Shown: in pieces, positions 10,446 to 20,774 of the stretch
How positions within the stretch are numbered: the first letter of the stretch is position 1
How the letters are laid out: the number at the start of each line of letters is the position of its first letter
Assembly (NCBI GenBank): GCA_963797555.1
Contig: CAWCPV010000019.1
Coordinates: 1-64,000 of the forward strand
Direction: 5' to 3'
DNA from: an uncultured Gammaproteobacteria bacterium
Lineage (GTDB): Bacteria > Pseudomonadota > Gammaproteobacteria > CAWCPV01
DNA length: 64,000 nucleotides
The notes under the pieces: model-generated
Databases searched by the model: none
What the model saw: the letters and a program-made list of their open reading frames with translations, nothing else
What the model was told of the DNA's origin: nothing
Position numbers and translations under genes: made by a program

Positions 10446-10902
10446 GGGGGCACGTGAGGTGTTGCGGGGCCGCGACATCGACGATGCCGAGTCCCGTCCA
10501 CTGACTTGGAGCGAGATCCCATGGTACGGCGGAGATCCCGCAGCGCACTCCATCCACCGGACCGACTGTAACACCCCGGGATTCGCGGTGCCGTCGCGCC
10601 CCCGGTCTTCCAGAGTGATGCTTACCGGCAACCGGTGACCGTCTCGCGGGCGACGTTGCCCTGCACCTCACCACCACCACCAACTCCTGCTGCTCAAAGC
10701 CGTCACGGATATGCAGCGGCCGATCCGCCGAGGTCTGACGGTCGTTGCTGAACAGCATCAGCCGGGAGAGTGTCGGAGTAGAGTCGGCTGGTAGCGCACG
10801 AATCCGTGTCAGGAGGTGCCGCTGGAGCGGAGGTGGGAATATTGGCCGTCCCTCGCGAGCACGCTGCGCGCAGGCCTCCTCACGAGAACCAGATGCAGAA
10901 AC

Positions 10903-11745
10903 TCAACTGCTCATCGAAGTTTCTGATAGCTTTGAGGGAACCTCAGCCGTGCGTCCGGTTTCTTGGAGATCGCGTGAGGCGTTGCAGGGCGGCGACCTCC
11001 GCGGTAACGAGTCCCTCCAGTGGCCTGGACCGATATCCGGTGGCAGGGCGAAGCTGCCGAAGCGCAGCCGCTTCAGCCGGCTGACTGTAACACCCTGGGA
11101 TTCCCAGAGCCTGCGCACCTCACGCTTGCGGCCGTCGCGCAACACGACGCGATACCAGTGGTTGGTACCGCGACCCCCAAGGTCGGTCAGCGTCTCGAAC
11201 CGTGCCTCACCGTCCCCCAAGGCGACACCGGCCAGTAAGCGCTGCAACGTCTCGGGCGCGACGTTTCCCCGCACCCGCACCATATATTCCCGCTCAAGCC
11301 CGTGACGGGGGTGCATGAGCCGAGCGGCGAGCTCACCGTCGTTGGTGAACAGCAGCAGACCAGAGGTGTTGAGGTCGAGTCGGCCGACGGCGAGCCAAGG
11401 CCTGTCCGGTGCCGCCGGAAGATGAGCGAAGACCGTCCGGCGCCCCTCCGGATCGCGCCGCGTGCAGACCTCTCCAACCGGCTTGTGGTAGGCGAGCACG
11501 CGTACCCGGGACCGAGCCGGGAGTACGGCCACTGGCCGTCCGTCGACTGCGATCCGCGAGGCGCCGGTGACCCGTGTTCCGAGCTGCGCCGTTACGCCGT
11601 CGACGTCGATCCGCCCCGCGGCGATCCAACGTTCCAGCTCGCGCCGGGATCCCAGCCCGTTGCGGGCGAGCGCCTTTTGCAGCCGCTCACCACGCTCGGA
11701 CACTGCTACAGGGACCGTGCCCCCGACTGAACTGCGGTGCCTCAT
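10903..11745 (-). CDS. rluB: 23S rRNA pseudouridine synthase RluB; 1-nt frameshift near 11010 in the C-terminus
   Basis: S4 domain (ERLQKALA..GLGSRRE), GRLDLNTSGLLL catalytic motif, follows scpAB; alternative frame restores WRELVTAEVAALQRL. Confidence 0.88.
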   Translation of the reverse strand: MRHRSSVGGTVPVAVSERGERLQKALARNGLGSRRELERWIAAGRIDVDGVTAQLGTRVTGASRIAVDGRPVAVLPARSRVRVLAYHKPVGEVCTRRDPEGRRTVFAHLPAAPDRPWLAVGRLDLNTSGLLLFTNDGELAARLMHPRHGLEREYMVRVRGNVAPETLQRLLAGVALGDGEARFETLTDLGGRGTNHWYRVVLRDGRKREVRRLWESQGVTVSRLKRLRFGSFALPPDIGPGHWRDSLPRRSPPCNASRDLQETGRTAEVPSKLSETSMSS

Positions 11746-12317
11746 TCGGCTTCCGGCGCGGGCTCACGGGCCTGAGGGTCGCGCTCAGTCTCCTGACCTG
11801 CGATATCCGCGAGCGGGGGCAGCTCGGCCAGGCCCTTCAGACCGAAGTGGTCGAGGAATCGGCGTGCAGTCCCGTACAGGGCAGGCCGCCCCGGGGCCTC
11901 CCGGTGTCCCAGGACCCGGATCCACTCGTGCTCCAAGAGCGTCTTGATAATGGCCGTGCTGACGGTTACGCCTCGGATTTCCTCGATCTCCCCGCGGCTC
12001 GCCGGCTGTCGGTAGGCAATAATCGCCAGCGTCTCCAGCAGTGCCCGCGAGTGGCGAGCGGGGCGCTGCTCCCACAAACGGCAGACCCACGGGGCCACTT
12101 CGGCTCTGACCTGGAAGCGAAACCCGCTGGCCACCTCCCGTAACTCGATACCGCGACCCGAGCATTCGTTGGCGAGATCGGCCAACGTTTCGCGCAGCGC
12201 CTGGGAGCTTGGCCGGTCCTGGGGATCGAACAGCGACTGCAGCCGCTCGGTGGCCAGAGGCTCATCGGCCGCCAGCAGTGCCGCCTCAACCACCTGCTTC
12301 AGCAGCAGCGCGTTCAG
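11742..12317 (-). CDS. scpB: SMC-Scp complex subunit ScpB (start uncertain: CTG at 12317 or GTG at 12293)
   Basis: LETLAIIAYRQP, RGEIEEIRGV, PGRPALYGT, FLDHFGL motifs. Confidence 0.93.
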   Translation of the reverse strand: MNALLLKQVVEAALLAADEPLATERLQSLFDPQDRPSSQALRETLADLANECSGRGIELREVASGFRFQVRAEVAPWVCRLWEQRPARHSRALLETLAIIAYRQPASRGEIEEIRGVTVSTAIIKTLLEHEWIRVLGHREAPGRPALYGTARRFLDHFGLKGLAELPPLADIAGQETERDPQAREPAPEAE

Positions 12318-13096
12318 CTGGCGGTGGCCCTCACGTGGATATCGGCGAAGGGTGCCGCCTGTAGCAGCTCGATCAGGGCGGCTCGTACCAACTCCAGCAC
12401 CGCGAGGAAGGTGACCACGACCCCTTGGCGACCCTCCTCCGGCGACAACAGCTCGCTAAAAGGAGTAAACCGTTCGCTGCCGAGCCGCCCCAAGAGATCC
12501 GACATACGTTCCCGCACCGACAAAGGCTCTCGCCGCACGTGGTGGTGCTCGAGCAGGGCCGCGCGCGCCAACACGCCTTGCATGGCCAAGAGCAGCTCCG
12601 GAAGAGTGATTTCCGCCACGATGCGCGTCTGCTGGCAGTGCAGCTCTATTTGCACCGGATAGACATCGCGGCCGACTCTGGGCAGCGCATCCAACCCCTT
12701 GGCCGCGACCTTGTAACGCTCGTATTCCTGGAGCCGACGTGCCAGCTCGGCCCTGGGGTCCTCCTCGTCCTGCTCCCCGTCGCGCTGCGGCAGCAGCATG
12801 CGCGACTTGAACTCACCCAGCCAAGCGGCCATCACGAGGTACTCTGCGGCCAGCTCCAGACGGAGCGCCTTCATCAGCTCCACGTACTCGATATACTGCC
12901 GCGTGATCTCGGCAACGGGGATGTCGAGGATATCTAGATTGTCGCGCTTGATAAGGTACAGCAACAGGTCGAGCGGGCCTTCGAAGGTTTCGAGAAACAC
13001 TTCCAGCGCGTCCGGGGGGACGTATAAATCGCTCGGCAGCTCCGCTAGAGGCTGCCCTTTGACAAGCGCACAAGACGCGTCCAAGACCTCACTCAC
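12314..13096 (-). CDS. scpA: segregation and condensation protein ScpA
   Basis: FEGPLDLLLYLI, AAEYLVMAA, VVTFLAVLEL motifs. Confidence 0.95.
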   Translation of the reverse strand: MSEVLDASCALVKGQPLAELPSDLYVPPDALEVFLETFEGPLDLLLYLIKRDNLDILDIPVAEITRQYIEYVELMKALRLELAAEYLVMAAWLGEFKSRMLLPQRDGEQDEEDPRAELARRLQEYERYKVAAKGLDALPRVGRDVYPVQIELHCQQTRIVAEITLPELLLAMQGVLARAALLEHHHVRREPLSVRERMSDLLGRLGSERFTPFSELLSPEEGRQGVVVTFLAVLELVRAALIELLQAAPFADIHVRATAS

Positions 13097-13103
13097 CGCT
13101 GGG

Positions 13104-14305
13104 TCAGCGATACTCCAGCCCCATGGCGCGCCTCACCTCTGCCATGGTGCGTCGTGCAACCTCTCGAGCCCGCTCACAGCCTAGTGAGATGACCCCCCGC
13201 ACCAACTCGGGCTGCTCGGTAATCTCCGCTGCCCGTTCCTGTATAGGCCGCAGCTCGGCGGTCACCGCATCGACCACCGGCTGTTTGCAATCCAGGCAGC
13301 CGATGCCGGCGGTTCGACAGCCTTCCTGCACCCATGCCTTCACTTCCTCGTCCGAGTACACTAAATGCCAGTGCCACACCGGGCACTTGTCCGGGTCCCC
13401 CGGATCACTACGACGCACCCTGGCGGGGTCCGTGGGCATGGTGCGTATCTTGGCGCCGACGGTCGCAACGTCCTCCCGCAGCCCAATGGTGTTGTGGTAG
13501 GACTTTGACATCTTCTGCCCGTCGATGCCAGGCATCCTGGATGTCGGGGTCAACAGTGCATCGGGCTCCGGCAGGATGGTCATACCACTGCCCTCCACAT
13601 AGCCGGTCAGGCGCTCCCGGTCTGCCAAGGCGAGGTTCTGCTGCCCTCAAGGAACGCGCGGGCGGTCGCGAGCGCCTCCCCGTCACCCTGCTCCTGATAG
13701 CGCCGACGCAGCTCCCCATAAAGCCTGGCATTCTTCTTTCCCATCCGGCGGAGCGCCGTCTGCACCTTCTCCTCGAAGTCCGGTCCGAGGCCGTACAAGT
13801 GGTTAAAGCGGCGCGCGATTTCACGTGTGAGTTCCACGTGGGGCACTTGGTCCTCACCCACAGGCACCAACGCGGCCTTGTACATCAGTATGTCCGCGCT
13901 CTGGAGGAGTGGATAGCCGAGGAACCCGTATGTGGCGAGGTCCTTCTCCTTCAGCTTCTCCTGCTGGTCCTTATAGGTGGGCACACGCTCCAGCCAAGGC
14001 AGCGGAGTGAACATGGAGAGCAACAGGTGCAGCTCGGAGTGTTCGGCCACGTGCGACTGAATGAACAGCGTGGCTGTCTTCGGATTGATGCCCACCGCCA
14101 GCCAGTCGACCACCATGTCCCAGACGCTTGCGGCGATAATCGCTGGGCGCTCGTATTCAGTGGTGAGTGCGTGCCAGTCTGCCACGAAGAAGAAGCACTC
14201 ATACTCGTGCTGCAGGCGCAGCCAGTTCTTCAGCACCCCGTGGTAGTGGCCTAGATGCAGCTTGCCGGTCGGACGCATGCCGGAGAGAACGCGCTGCGGC
14301 GTCAC
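13104..14305 (-). CDS. trpS: tryptophan--tRNA ligase, split by a 1-nt frameshift near 13645 (probable sequencing error)
   Basis: SGMRPTGKLHLGH, VPVGEDQ and KMSKS motifs over two ORFs; adding one G to gagggc restores FLEGQQNLALADRERL. Confidence 0.93.
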
Positions 14306-14352
14306 TACGACCTTCCCCCATGCCTTGTAGATAGGTGGTTCATGCCGCGTGG

Positions 14353-15006
14353 CTAAAGTCCCACGAAGGAGAATACCAGCGCCTGGATAACGTGCACCGG
14401 CGGCCCCAACAGCCGACCGAGCATGCCGGTTGCGAGGAGCGTCAGCAGGATCAGGAACCCGTACGGCTCGATCCGTGAGAGCTGCCAGGACAGGGGCCCC
14501 GGTAGCAGGCCGGTCAACACCCGACCGCCGTCCAGCGGAGGGACTGGAAGCAGGTTGAGGACCATTAGCACGATGTTGATGGCGATGCCTGCCCCTCCCA
14601 TGTATACGAGGGGTAAGGCGACCCAGTCGAAGGTTCCGGAGAGCAGCAGTCCCGACTTCAGGACCAGAGCCCAGACAAGCGCCATCAGCAGGTTTGCCAG
14701 CGGTCCTGCTGCGGCGACCAGCGCCATGTCCCGCTTGGGGTGATGCAGGTTCTCGTAGGTCACCGGAACGGGCTTCGCCCAACCGAATATGAAGCCGCCG
14801 AGAAATAGCAGCAGCGTCGGAACCAGGATGGTCCCGAGGGGGTCGATGTGCTTTAACGGGTTCAGCGTCAGGCGCCCGAGCATCTCGGCCGTCGGGTCAC
14901 CCAGATGTTTCGCGACCCACCCGTGCGCGACCTCGTGCACGGTAATGGCAAAAAGAACCGGCACCGCCCAGACAGCCAGACGCTGCACCAGATTCAGCTC
15001 TTCCAT
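14353..15006 (-). CDS. site-2 protease family (M50) membrane metalloprotease
   Basis: HEVAH, AGPLANL, NLLPVPPLDG motifs. Confidence 0.92.
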   Translation of the reverse strand: MEELNLVQRLAVWAVPVLFAITVHEVAHGWVAKHLGDPTAEMLGRLTLNPLKHIDPLGTILVPTLLLFLGGFIFGWAKPVPVTYENLHHPKRDMALVAAAGPLANLLMALVWALVLKSGLLLSGTFDWVALPLVYMGGAGIAINIVLMVLNLLPVPPLDGGRVLTGLLPGPLSWQLSRIEPYGFLILLTLLATGMLGRLLGPPVHVIQALVFSFVGL

Positions 15007-15030
15007 GGCAGGATTATACTGGGATTGGAC

Positions 15031-15177
15031 TGAGAGCTTGGGAATAAATCTGCTGCGCGTCCCGATAGCAGCGTTGCGCGGTGCTCGCTCCTCGCCTATC
15101 TACTTGATATGTCTCGTCGCTGCGCTCCGTGTGCCTTGCTCTCGGGCCGCTCGCGACGATTTATTCACAAGCTCTGA
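15031..15177. mobile_element. MITE-like palindromic intergenic element (147 bp)
   Basis: 20-bp terminal inverted repeats tgagagcttgggaataaatc / gatttattcacaagctctga (2 mismatches); second copy at 4238. Confidence 0.75.
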
Positions 15178-15201
15178 GCGCTCCAAACGAAGCGATGGCG
15201 T

Positions 15202-15825
15202 TCAGGGCGTGATCACCCCCACATCGCCTTTCCCTCTTCTTATGACCTCGGGAACACCACTCACTAGATCCACGACGGTGGTGGGCTCCAAGCCGCAGAA
15301 GCCCCCGTCGATGATGAGATCCACCTGCTTCTCCAGTGCCGTACGGATCTCCTCGGGGTCTGTGAGCGGCATCTCCGCACCCGGCAGGGTAAGGGTCACA
15401 CTCATGATGGGCTCTCCCAAGGTTTCCAGCAGGGCTCGTGCGATCGCGTGGTCGGGAACCCGCAAGCCGATCGTCTTGCGTTTGGGATTCTGCAGCCGCC
15501 GCGGCACCTCTTCTGTCGCCTTGAGTATGAACGTGTACGCCCCTGGCGTCACGGAACGGATCAGCCGGTAAGCAGTGTTGTCCACCTGTGCATAAGTCGA
15601 GATCTCGGAGAGGTCGCGACATACCAGCGTGAAATCATGTCGGTCATCGAGCCGCCTGATCCGGCGAATCCGCTCCATCGCGGGTTTGTCGCCGATCAGG
15701 CAGCCCAGCGCGTAGCACGAGTCGGTGGGGTAGGCGACTACCCCACCCGCACGCATGATGCTCGCGGCCTGACCGATGAGTCGCGGCTGGGGGTCTTCCG
15801 GGTGGATCTTGAAATATTGGCTCAA
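15202..15825 (-). CDS. yciO: YciO/Sua5-family L-threonylcarbamoyladenylate synthase-like protein
   Basis: TTG start, (M)SQYFKIHPEDPQPRLI, YPTDSCYALGC, KRKTIGLRVP. Confidence 0.9.
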   Translation of the reverse strand: MSQYFKIHPEDPQPRLIGQAASIMRAGGVVAYPTDSCYALGCLIGDKPAMERIRRIRRLDDRHDFTLVCRDLSEISTYAQVDNTAYRLIRSVTPGAYTFILKATEEVPRRLQNPKRKTIGLRVPDHAIARALLETLGEPIMSVTLTLPGAEMPLTDPEEIRTALEKQVDLIIDGGFCGLEPTTVVDLVSGVPEVIRRGKGDVGVITP

Positions 15826-16643
15826 CGGGCGTGCCGGGCTGGTGGGGGTCTCTTGAGGGCGGGGCAGAAGGAGCCCGGAAGCTCTGGTGCGGTATGGTAA
15901 TCCGAAGCCCCGCCAGGAACAAGCCGCGACCGCGGACGCAAAGTCGTTCCCAGGAACACGCACGAAGCAACATGCTCTGGCGTTATGGTGGACCCGCCGA
16001 GACGCACCGCAGAGCATTGATGAGGACGGGTGTTGAGCGGCGGGGTTAGGGGTTCGGTGAGGAGGTGAGGACGAGGACCGAGGCGGAGGGCCAAGCGTGC
16101 CGAGGGTTTTTGGGGGTCGCCGGGAGCCGCAGGCCGATCAGGCGCAGCGCTGCGCTGGCGAAGGGCACACGCTCGTCAGGACCCGGGGCCGTTGGCGGTG
16201 CGGGTCTGGGAGGGATCAGGAAAGATCGCGTCGCGCACTGGGAGCGGTTCTCGATGGCCGGCTGGTCTTCGTCCGAGAGCGTGCGCACTCGGCGTGCAGC
16301 GCCTCGGCAGTGAGCCCGAGAGGCGCCAGCAGCGGCTTGGTCTCCGGGATCGCGGGGTCTGCCCCCTCGCGGCTGGCCAGGGTGACGCTGCAAGAAGGGC
16401 GTTCAGAGGCCCCAGGTGCCCGGGTCGCGAGTAGCCGGCGCAGCGCTTTGGCGCGTCCCCGGCGACCGTCCAGTTCCTGAAGGCCGCAGCCAGGGCATCG
16501 GGGTCCCGTTGGAAGCGCCTGGGAGTGCGGGGGTCACGCGCACGCAGGCGCCTGAAAGGATGAGCCGCCCTGACCCCTCGCGAGGGCGGCGTCGCCGCTT
16601 TGGCTGCGAGCGGGTTGCGCGTGGGAATCTAGCGCACCTTGGC

Positions 16644-17423
16644 TCAGGCCTCAGCCCGCGTTCTCGTGGCATGGCTATGCCAGCGGCGGAGCAGGTCCAC
16701 GTCGACCCACCCCTTACCAAAGGCTTCGCCCTGAAACAAGGAAAAAGGGCGATCCGGCTCCCCCAGGTCGCTGAGGACGGCAACTGCCCCGCTGAAGTCC
16801 TCGCCCTGCGTATAACTGCTGATGGTCACCACCGTGGCGACATCGGCCCCAAGGCTCGCCCGCAGACCGTTGGTCGAGTCCTCGACGGCGAGGCAGGCGG
16901 ACGGCACCAGGCTCATCTTTCGAAGCACCCAGCGGTAGATGTCCGGGGCGGGCTTCTTCGCAGACACACAATCGCCCGCGCCGATCACGTCGAACCACTC
17001 GGTGCCTTGCGGCCCGAGGGTGCTCTCGAGCAGGGCCAGGACATTCCCCAGGCCAGTCGTGGTCGCTATTCCAAGGCGCAGGCCCGCCCGTGTGACCTCC
17101 TGCAACAAGCGCCTCACACCCGGCCGCAGCCGCAGCCCGCCGGTCGCCACGCCCTCGGCGTACAGGCGCGTCTTGTCTTCGTGCAGACTGGCGATCCACC
17201 GCTCCAGATCCGGGCGCGCCAGCAGTTCGGAATGAAACCGCCCCAGGTAGTGGCGGATGCGCTCCTTGCCTCCGGTGACCACCAGCAGGTCGCGGTAAAG
17301 CTCGCGCGGCCAATCCCAGTCCAGACCGCGCTCGCGGAACGCCCGATTGAACGCGTCCCGGTGTACCTCCTCGTTTTCGGTCAGGGTGCCGTCCACGTCG
17401 AACAGCACCGCTTGGAGGCCCAC
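16644..17423 (-). CDS. cbbY: HAD-IA hydrolase, CbbY family
   Basis: FDVDGTL, HRDAFNRAF, L.VTGGKERI, KKPAPDIY, EDS.NGL, typical of CbbY; AGGAG RBS upstream of GTG. Confidence 0.8.
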   Translation of the reverse strand: MGLQAVLFDVDGTLTENEEVHRDAFNRAFRERGLDWDWPRELYRDLLVVTGGKERIRHYLGRFHSELLARPDLERWIASLHEDKTRLYAEGVATGGLRLRPGVRRLLQEVTRAGLRLGIATTTGLGNVLALLESTLGPQGTEWFDVIGAGDCVSAKKPAPDIYRWVLRKMSLVPSACLAVEDSTNGLRASLGADVATVVTISSYTQGEDFSGAVAVLSDLGEPDRPFSLFQGEAFGKGWVDVDLLRRWHSHATRTRAEA

Positions 17424-17461
17424 CGTCACGCTCCTGCGGTCGGGAAGGCGGTCACGGCTGG

Positions 17462-18367
17462 CTACACCTCGCCGGTCAGCCGGTGCAACGCCTCGTGATA
17501 TTTCTGGGCGGTCCTCGAGACGACCTCGGGCGGCAACTCTGGGCCCGGCGGCCTCTTGTCCCAGCCGCTGCGCTCCAGATAGTCCCGCACGTACTGCTTG
17601 TCGAAGCTGGGCGGGTTGGTGCCCGGCAGGTGGCCGTCGGCTAACCAAAAGCGCGACGAATCCGGTGTCAAGACCTCGTCAATGAGCACCGGCCGGCCGC
17701 CCTCGTCGACACCGAACTCGAACTTCGTGTCCGCAACGAGAATACCTCGGGAGGCCGCGAGCTCGGCCGCTGTCTCGTACAGCGCCAGGCTGAGCCTGCG
17801 GATTTCGTCCGCCAAACCTCGCCCTAGCAACGTCACGGAGCGCTCATAGGTGATGTTCTCGTCGTGGGCACCCGCTGTCGCCTTGGTGGACGGGGTGTAG
17901 ATCGGCTCAGGTAGCCTGTCCGCATGGTGCAGACCTTGCGATAACGCTACTCCACACACGCCACCGGTAGCCACGTAGTCCTTCCAGCCGGAACCGGCCA
18001 GGTAGCCGCGCACGATAGCCTCCACGGGCAGAGGGGACAGGCGGCGCACCACCACCGCTCGCCCGCCCACCTGCGCACGGTCGTCCGGGTCGTCCAGTGC
18101 GGCCTCCGGCGACGTGGCCACCAAGTGATTGGGCACGACGTGCGAGAGCCGGGCAAACCAGAAGTTCGAAAGGGCAGTCAGTACCCTGCCCTTCCCGGGG
18201 ATGGGCGTGGGGAGGACGACATCGAAGGCGGACAGTCGGTCGGTGGCGACGATCAACAGATGCCGATCATCGACCCGATACATGTCCCGCACTTTGCCGC
18301 GATGGAGCAGGGGCAGGCCACGCAAGGTCGACGTGTACAAGGCCGACGTGTACAGGGCGTCGTTCAT
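17462..18367 (-). CDS. purC: SAICAR synthetase
   Basis: RGKVRD, TDRLSAFD, DTKFEFG, TPDSSRFW, DKQYVRD. Confidence 0.96.
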   Translation of the reverse strand: MNDALYTSALYTSTLRGLPLLHRGKVRDMYRVDDRHLLIVATDRLSAFDVVLPTPIPGKGRVLTALSNFWFARLSHVVPNHLVATSPEAALDDPDDRAQVGGRAVVVRRLSPLPVEAIVRGYLAGSGWKDYVATGGVCGVALSQGLHHADRLPEPIYTPSTKATAGAHDENITYERSVTLLGRGLADEIRRLSLALYETAAELAASRGILVADTKFEFGVDEGGRPVLIDEVLTPDSSRFWLADGHLPGTNPPSFDKQYVRDYLERSGWDKRPPGPELPPEVVSRTAQKYHEALHRLTGEV

Positions 18368-18432
18368 GGGGTGGTCACGGCTCCAGATGCCGCTCGAAAG
18401 CAGTACGCCAAGTCAGTCTCTCCGGCCGCCAG

Positions 18433-18876
18433 CTAGGGGCCCGCGTCGGCGCCGTCGATCTTGCCGTAGGGGAACCGCACGTGCCCGTAACGGATCACCA
18501 GGACTGCCAGGGCCAGCAGCAGGACGGCCGTGGCCACGGCTAGCATCCGCCAAGCATCCATGTTCTTCATGTCCAGTATTAGATAGCGGGCCAGGGCGAC
18601 GATGCCGATGTAGAGCGGCAGGCGAACCGGAAGCTCGCCGGACTCAAGGTAGACCCCCACCATAGTGAGGATCTCCAGGTAGATGAACAGGAGCAGCAGG
18701 TCCGCCAGAGTCACCCTCCCCGCGGCCACCATGGTTGCAACCTCCTGGCCCGCGGCGATGAGCGTCGCCAGCGCGATCACCCACAGACCCACGGTCTCCA
18801 GGACGGTGAGCAGGGATTTGCTGTAGGAAAGGGCTTTCTGGTGCAAAGGTTGCTCCGATCTCACCGGGCGCTTCAT
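18433..18876 (-). CDS. psiE: phosphate-starvation-inducible PsiE family membrane protein
   Basis: DLLLLFIYLE, PVRLPLYIGIVALAR motifs, 4 TM. Confidence 0.8.
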   Translation of the reverse strand: MKRPVRSEQPLHQKALSYSKSLLTVLETVGLWVIALATLIAAGQEVATMVAAGRVTLADLLLLFIYLEILTMVGVYLESGELPVRLPLYIGIVALARYLILDMKNMDAWRMLAVATAVLLLALAVLVIRYGHVRFPYGKIDGADAGP

Positions 18877-19064
18877 GGCAGTGGCAGGACGCCGCTCGCT
18901 CGGAGGGGTGACCGCCCGGACCACCAGGCTATTCTATCGGAAGCCCCTCGGGGGCACACGGGTCGACCCACGCACCTATGAGCGCCAAACCGGCTTAGAG
19001 CCGACGAGACAAGTAGTTATAATACGTCAGCTATTTGATCTGCTAATCAGCTTAGAGCACAGGC

Positions 19065-19562
19065 ATGTCCACTCCGCCGTTGGTCGGTCTGGTGATGGGG
19101 AGCCTCAGCGACTGGGAGGTCATGCGGCACGCTGCTGAGCGGCTGCAGGCCTTCGGGGTGCCCTTCGAGGCCCGCGTCGTCTCGGCGCACCGCACTCCCG
19201 ATCTGCTGTTCGAGTATGCCGAGAACGCCGCGCGGCGCGGGCTGATGTGTATCATCGCCGGAGCCGGGGGAGCAGCACATCTGCCCGGGATGCTGGCATC
19301 CAAGACGACCGTGCCGGTGCTGGGAGTCCCTGCACCCTCCCGTTACCTCAAGGGGCTGGACTCGCTGCTATCCATCGTCCAGATGCCGAAGGGCGTGCCT
19401 GTGGCAACCTTCGCCATCGGTGAAGCCGGCGCCACCAATGCCGCCCTGTTTGCGGTGGCCATGCTGGCGGTCCGCGACCCGGAGCTGGCAAGCAGGCTGG
19501 AGGAGTTCCGACGGTCACAGCAGCAGTCCGTGCTGGAGACCTCCGTGCCCCTACCTCCATGA
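19065..19562 (+). CDS. purE: N5-CAIR mutase
   Basis: [33 protein letters not shown]. Confidence 0.97.
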   Translation: MSTPPLVGLVMGSLSDWEVMRHAAERLQAFGVPFEARVVSAHRTPDLLFEYAENAARRGLMCIIAGAGGAAHLPGMLASKTTVPVLGVPAPSRYLKGLDSLLSIVQMPKGVPVATFAIGEAGATNAALFAVAMLAVRDPELASRLEEFRRSQQQSVLETSVPLPP

Positions 19563-20728
19563 TCCTTCCGGGCGCCATGCTGGGAGTGTTGGGCGGGGGC
19601 CAACTCGGCGGCATGTTTGTGGTCGCCGCCCGTACCATGGGGTACCGAGTGACGGTGCTGGATCCGGACGTCCGCAGTCCGGCCGGCGCGCTCGCCAACC
19701 AACACCTGGTGGCGGAGTATCGGGACGGCGACGCCCTGGAGCGCCTGGGCCGGGCCTGCGCGGCGGTCACCACCGAATTCGAGAACGTCCCCGCCGAAAG
19801 CCTGCGGACTCTTTCCCGCTTCTGCCGCGTATGCCCCTCGCCGGAAGCGGTGACTGTTGCCCAGGATCGGATCCGGGAGAAGGGTTTCCTACATGCGCAC
19901 GCGTTTCCCACGGCACCTTTCCTCCCCGTTCGCGACATCGAGGACCTGGCCGCCGGGGGCGAGCTGTTGAAAGGGCCGGCTTTGCTGAAGCGGGCAGCAC
20001 TCGGCTACGACGGGAGGGGTCAGGTCCGGGTGAACGGCCTGCACGAGGCACTAAACGGCTTCGAGACGCTGGGCCGTACCCCGTGTGTGCTGGAGGTGAG
20101 ACTCGACCTGCAAACGGAGGTGTCAGTGGTGCTGGCACGCGGCACCGATGGCAAGGTCACCTGTTTTCCGGTGGCGGAGAACGTCCACCGCCGCGGCATT
20201 CTGGACGTCAGCGTGGTACCAGCACGCATTTCCGAGGCCACTGCAACGGCTGTCACGGAGATGGCGACAGCACTTGCCGAACGGCTGGATTACTGCGGAG
20301 TCCTCGCCGTCGAGTTCTTCATCACCCAGGCGGGCGAGATCCTGGTCAATGAGATCGCACCTCGCCCGCACAATAGCGGCCATTACACCCTGGATGCCTG
20401 CGTCAACTCCCAGTTCGTGCAACAGGTGCGCGTACTGTGCGGCTCACCGCCGGGGGACAGCCGACTGTTATCGCCAGCCGTCATGGTCAATCTACTGGGC
20501 GACCTTTGGGCTCGAGGAGAACCGCCTTGGGACGTGTTGTTGCGCCATCCCCGGCTCAAGCTCCACCTCTACGGCAAACAGAAAGCCCGACCGGGGCGCA
20601 AGATGGGGCACTTCACATGCCTCGACCACGATGCGGAAGCTGCCCTGGCAACAGCGATGCGCTTGAGGGCGGAGTTGGCTTCGCTGCTGGCTCATGGGTG
20701 TGAGCGGGCGGCCGCCCGCCTCCCGTGA
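19559..20728 (+). CDS. purK: N5-CAIR synthase
   Basis: [34 protein letters not shown]. Confidence 0.96.
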   Translation: MILPGAMLGVLGGGQLGGMFVVAARTMGYRVTVLDPDVRSPAGALANQHLVAEYRDGDALERLGRACAAVTTEFENVPAESLRTLSRFCRVCPSPEAVTVAQDRIREKGFLHAHAFPTAPFLPVRDIEDLAAGGELLKGPALLKRAALGYDGRGQVRVNGLHEALNGFETLGRTPCVLEVRLDLQTEVSVVLARGTDGKVTCFPVAENVHRRGILDVSVVPARISEATATAVTEMATALAERLDYCGVLAVEFFITQAGEILVNEIAPRPHNSGHYTLDACVNSQFVQQVRVLCGSPPGDSRLLSPAVMVNLLGDLWARGEPPWDVLLRHPRLKLHLYGKQKARPGRKMGHFTCLDHDAEAALATAMRLRAELASLLAHGCERAAARLP

Positions 20729-20774
20729 CCCCGCGCAGCCCGGAGGGCCCACACCCGCAGCAATTGCCTGCTCA

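Noticed and set aside
8853-10631. 592-aa minus-strand ORF and similar long shadow ORFs (1530..2948, 23106..24359, 33389..34948, 44044..45342, 51629..52819)
   Set aside because: They are antisense to well-supported genes, a common effect of high-GC codon usage, and carry no motifs.
15830-16640. Gene in the yciO-cbbY gap (also 10450..10900 and 43560..43980)
   Set aside because: Only low-complexity Arg/Pro/Gly ORFs in conflicting frames; these may be decayed genes but nothing can be assigned.
19035-19050. FNR-like box TTGAT...ATCAG upstream of purE
   Set aside because: The spacer is 6 nt rather than 4 and the right half-site is imperfect.
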